Assembly (NCBI RefSeq): GCF_017656055.1
Contig: NZ_CP069383.1
Coordinates: 1-32,000 of the forward strand
From: Candidatus Saccharimonadota bacterium
GTDB lineage: Bacteria > Pseudomonadota > Gammaproteobacteria > Enterobacterales > Enterobacteriaceae
Length of the DNA stretch: 32,000 nucleotides
Direction: 5' to 3'
The notes beneath the pieces were generated by a model that was not told the DNA's origin, ran no database searches, and was given only the letters and a program-made list of their open reading frames with translations. Each line of letters opens with the position of its first letter. The stretch's first letter is position 1. A program made the position numbers and the translations under genes. This document shows, piece after piece, positions 30,859-32,000 of this stretch.

Positions 30859-32000
30859 TTATTTACCTATACAAAATTTTGAAAATATTGAATCTAATAA
30901 ATCATCATTAGATATATTTTTACCTAATATATTTATTAAATCATTAATAGAATAATTTATATCTTCATATAATATTGAATAATCATAACATTTTAATAAA
31001 TTATTATATTTTTTTATATTATTAAATGATTTTTCTATTATATTTAAGTGTCTTTTAGATATTAAAAAATCTGTATTAACATCTTTTTTATATATAAATA
31101 ATTTTTTATATATTTCATCAGTTAATATGTTTAAACCTAAATTATTTTTAGCTGATATATTAATTATATATATATCATTATTAATTTTTTCTATTCCTAT
31201 TATATTGTTTGATATATCAGATTTATTTTTAATAAATATTATATTTTTAATATTTTTTATTATAAATTTATATAAATTTATATTATTTATGTAAATTTTT
31301 AGATTATTATAAAATTCTTTTTTATTAGAAGTATTTAATTTATTATCTACTATAAATAATAAAATATTTGATTTTTTAATATTTTCTTTAGTTTTTTTTA
31401 TTCCTATATTTTCTATTATATTTTTTGTTTTTCTTATTCCTGCAGTATCTATAATTTTTATTAAATTATTTTTTATAGAAAAAAAATCTATTATACTATC
31501 TCTTGTAGTTCCACTTATATTAGTAACTATTGATCTATTTTTATTAATTAATTTATTAAATATAGTAGATTTTCCTACATTTGTTTTTCCTATTAATGAT
31601 ATAGTATTTATATTATTAATATTTAAACTATTTAAACACTCATTAATTATTTTATTATATTTATCTACTATTTCTAAAAATTTATTATTTATATTTTCTA
31701 TAATAATGTTATTATCTTCACTTTCAAAACTTATATAAGATTCAACTAATACTTTTAATTCTATTAAATTATTTAATATTATGTTTATTTTATTTGTAAA
31801 AGTACCATTTAAAGATTTTATAGCTAATTTAACTGTATCTATATTATCAGAATCTATAATGTTTAATATAGATTCTGCTTGATGTAAATTTAATTTATTA
31901 TTCATAAAAGCTCTTCTAGTAAATTCACCATTTAAAGCTATTCTGGCATATTTAAATTTTACAATTAAATCTATTATATAATTCATTATTATAGGATTTC
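30859..32000 (-). CDS. mnmE: tRNA modification GTPase MnmE (TrmE), with the 5' end beyond the window.
   Basis: The C-terminus is ..LDSIFSKFCIGK, matching the canonical FCIGK end. The G domain reads GKTNVGKSTIFNKL, TTRD, DTAGIR and NKSD. ARIALNGEFTRRAFMNNKLNLHQAESILNIIDS aligns with residues around 105-140 of E. coli MnmE. The frame stays open upstream of the ATG at 31986 to the window edge (..NPIIMNYIIDL aligns with GGPVILDLLL). Confidence 0.92.
   Translation of the reverse strand, partial: NPIIMNYIIDLIVKFKYARIALNGEFTRRAFMNNKLNLHQAESILNIIDSDNIDTVKLAIKSLNGTFTNKINIILNNLIELKVLVESYISFESEDNNIIIENINNKFLEIVDKYNKIINECLNSLNINNINTISLIGKTNVGKSTIFNKLINKNRSIVTNISGTTRDSIIDFFSIKNNLIKIIDTAGIRKTKNIIENIGIKKTKENIKKSNILLFIVDNKLNTSNKKEFYNNLKIYINNINLYKFIIKNIKNIIFIKNKSDISNNIIGIEKINNDIYIINISAKNNLGLNILTDEIYKKLFIYKKDVNTDFLISKRHLNIIEKSFNNIKKYNNLLKCYDYSILYEDINYSINDLINILGKNISNDDLLDSIFSKFCIGK

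Overview
This is a core-genome window from an extremely A+T-rich, highly reduced gammaproteobacterial genome of the insect-endosymbiont type, with gene order derived from Enterobacterales. G+C was judged by eye and not computed: it looks far below 20% in coding DNA, and only the rRNA/tRNA cores are G+C-normal. The window holds 26 recognisable housekeeping protein genes: glyQ, glyS, mltC, mnmG, murB, rpsP, trmD, rplS, aroF, tyrA, rluD, aroK, aroB, lolB, prfA, prmC, aspS, rnc, lepB, lepA, ung, grpE, smpB, metG, rho and mnmE. It also holds tmRNA (ssrA) and one complete rrn operon, 16S - tRNA-Glu(UUC) - 23S - 5S - tRNA-Trp(CCA). Genes are packed with 0-100 bp gaps and many start/stop overlaps. I saw no mobile elements, CRISPR arrays, prophage or defence genes. 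Every long sense-strand ORF has a housekeeping homologue, and the largest unassigned gap is about 160 bp (the rrn leader). I therefore did not find a convincing novel multi-gene system here, and this looks like an ordinary region of an extraordinary genome. The points most worth a second look are these. The tyrosine-branch shikimate genes aroF, tyrA, aroK and aroB lie in one block beside peptidoglycan genes, which fits a tyrosine-provisioning symbiont such as Candidatus Nardonella; that identification is inference, not verified. RF1 has PFN in place of the PxT stop-codon-reading tripeptide. UGA stops occur only inside ATGA overlap junctions. The LolB homologue has no cysteine, and the MltC homologue has no lipobox. 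The 5S rRNA carries a roughly 22-nt hairpin insertion. grpE contains an in-frame duplication with a 90-bp period. Intact genes contain very long poly(A) tracts, up to A16. Rho and the 16S anti-SD are well conserved although the genome is C-poor and the genes here lack SD sequences. All homology statements rest on my by-eye comparison with remembered E. coli sequences, and no database search was run.
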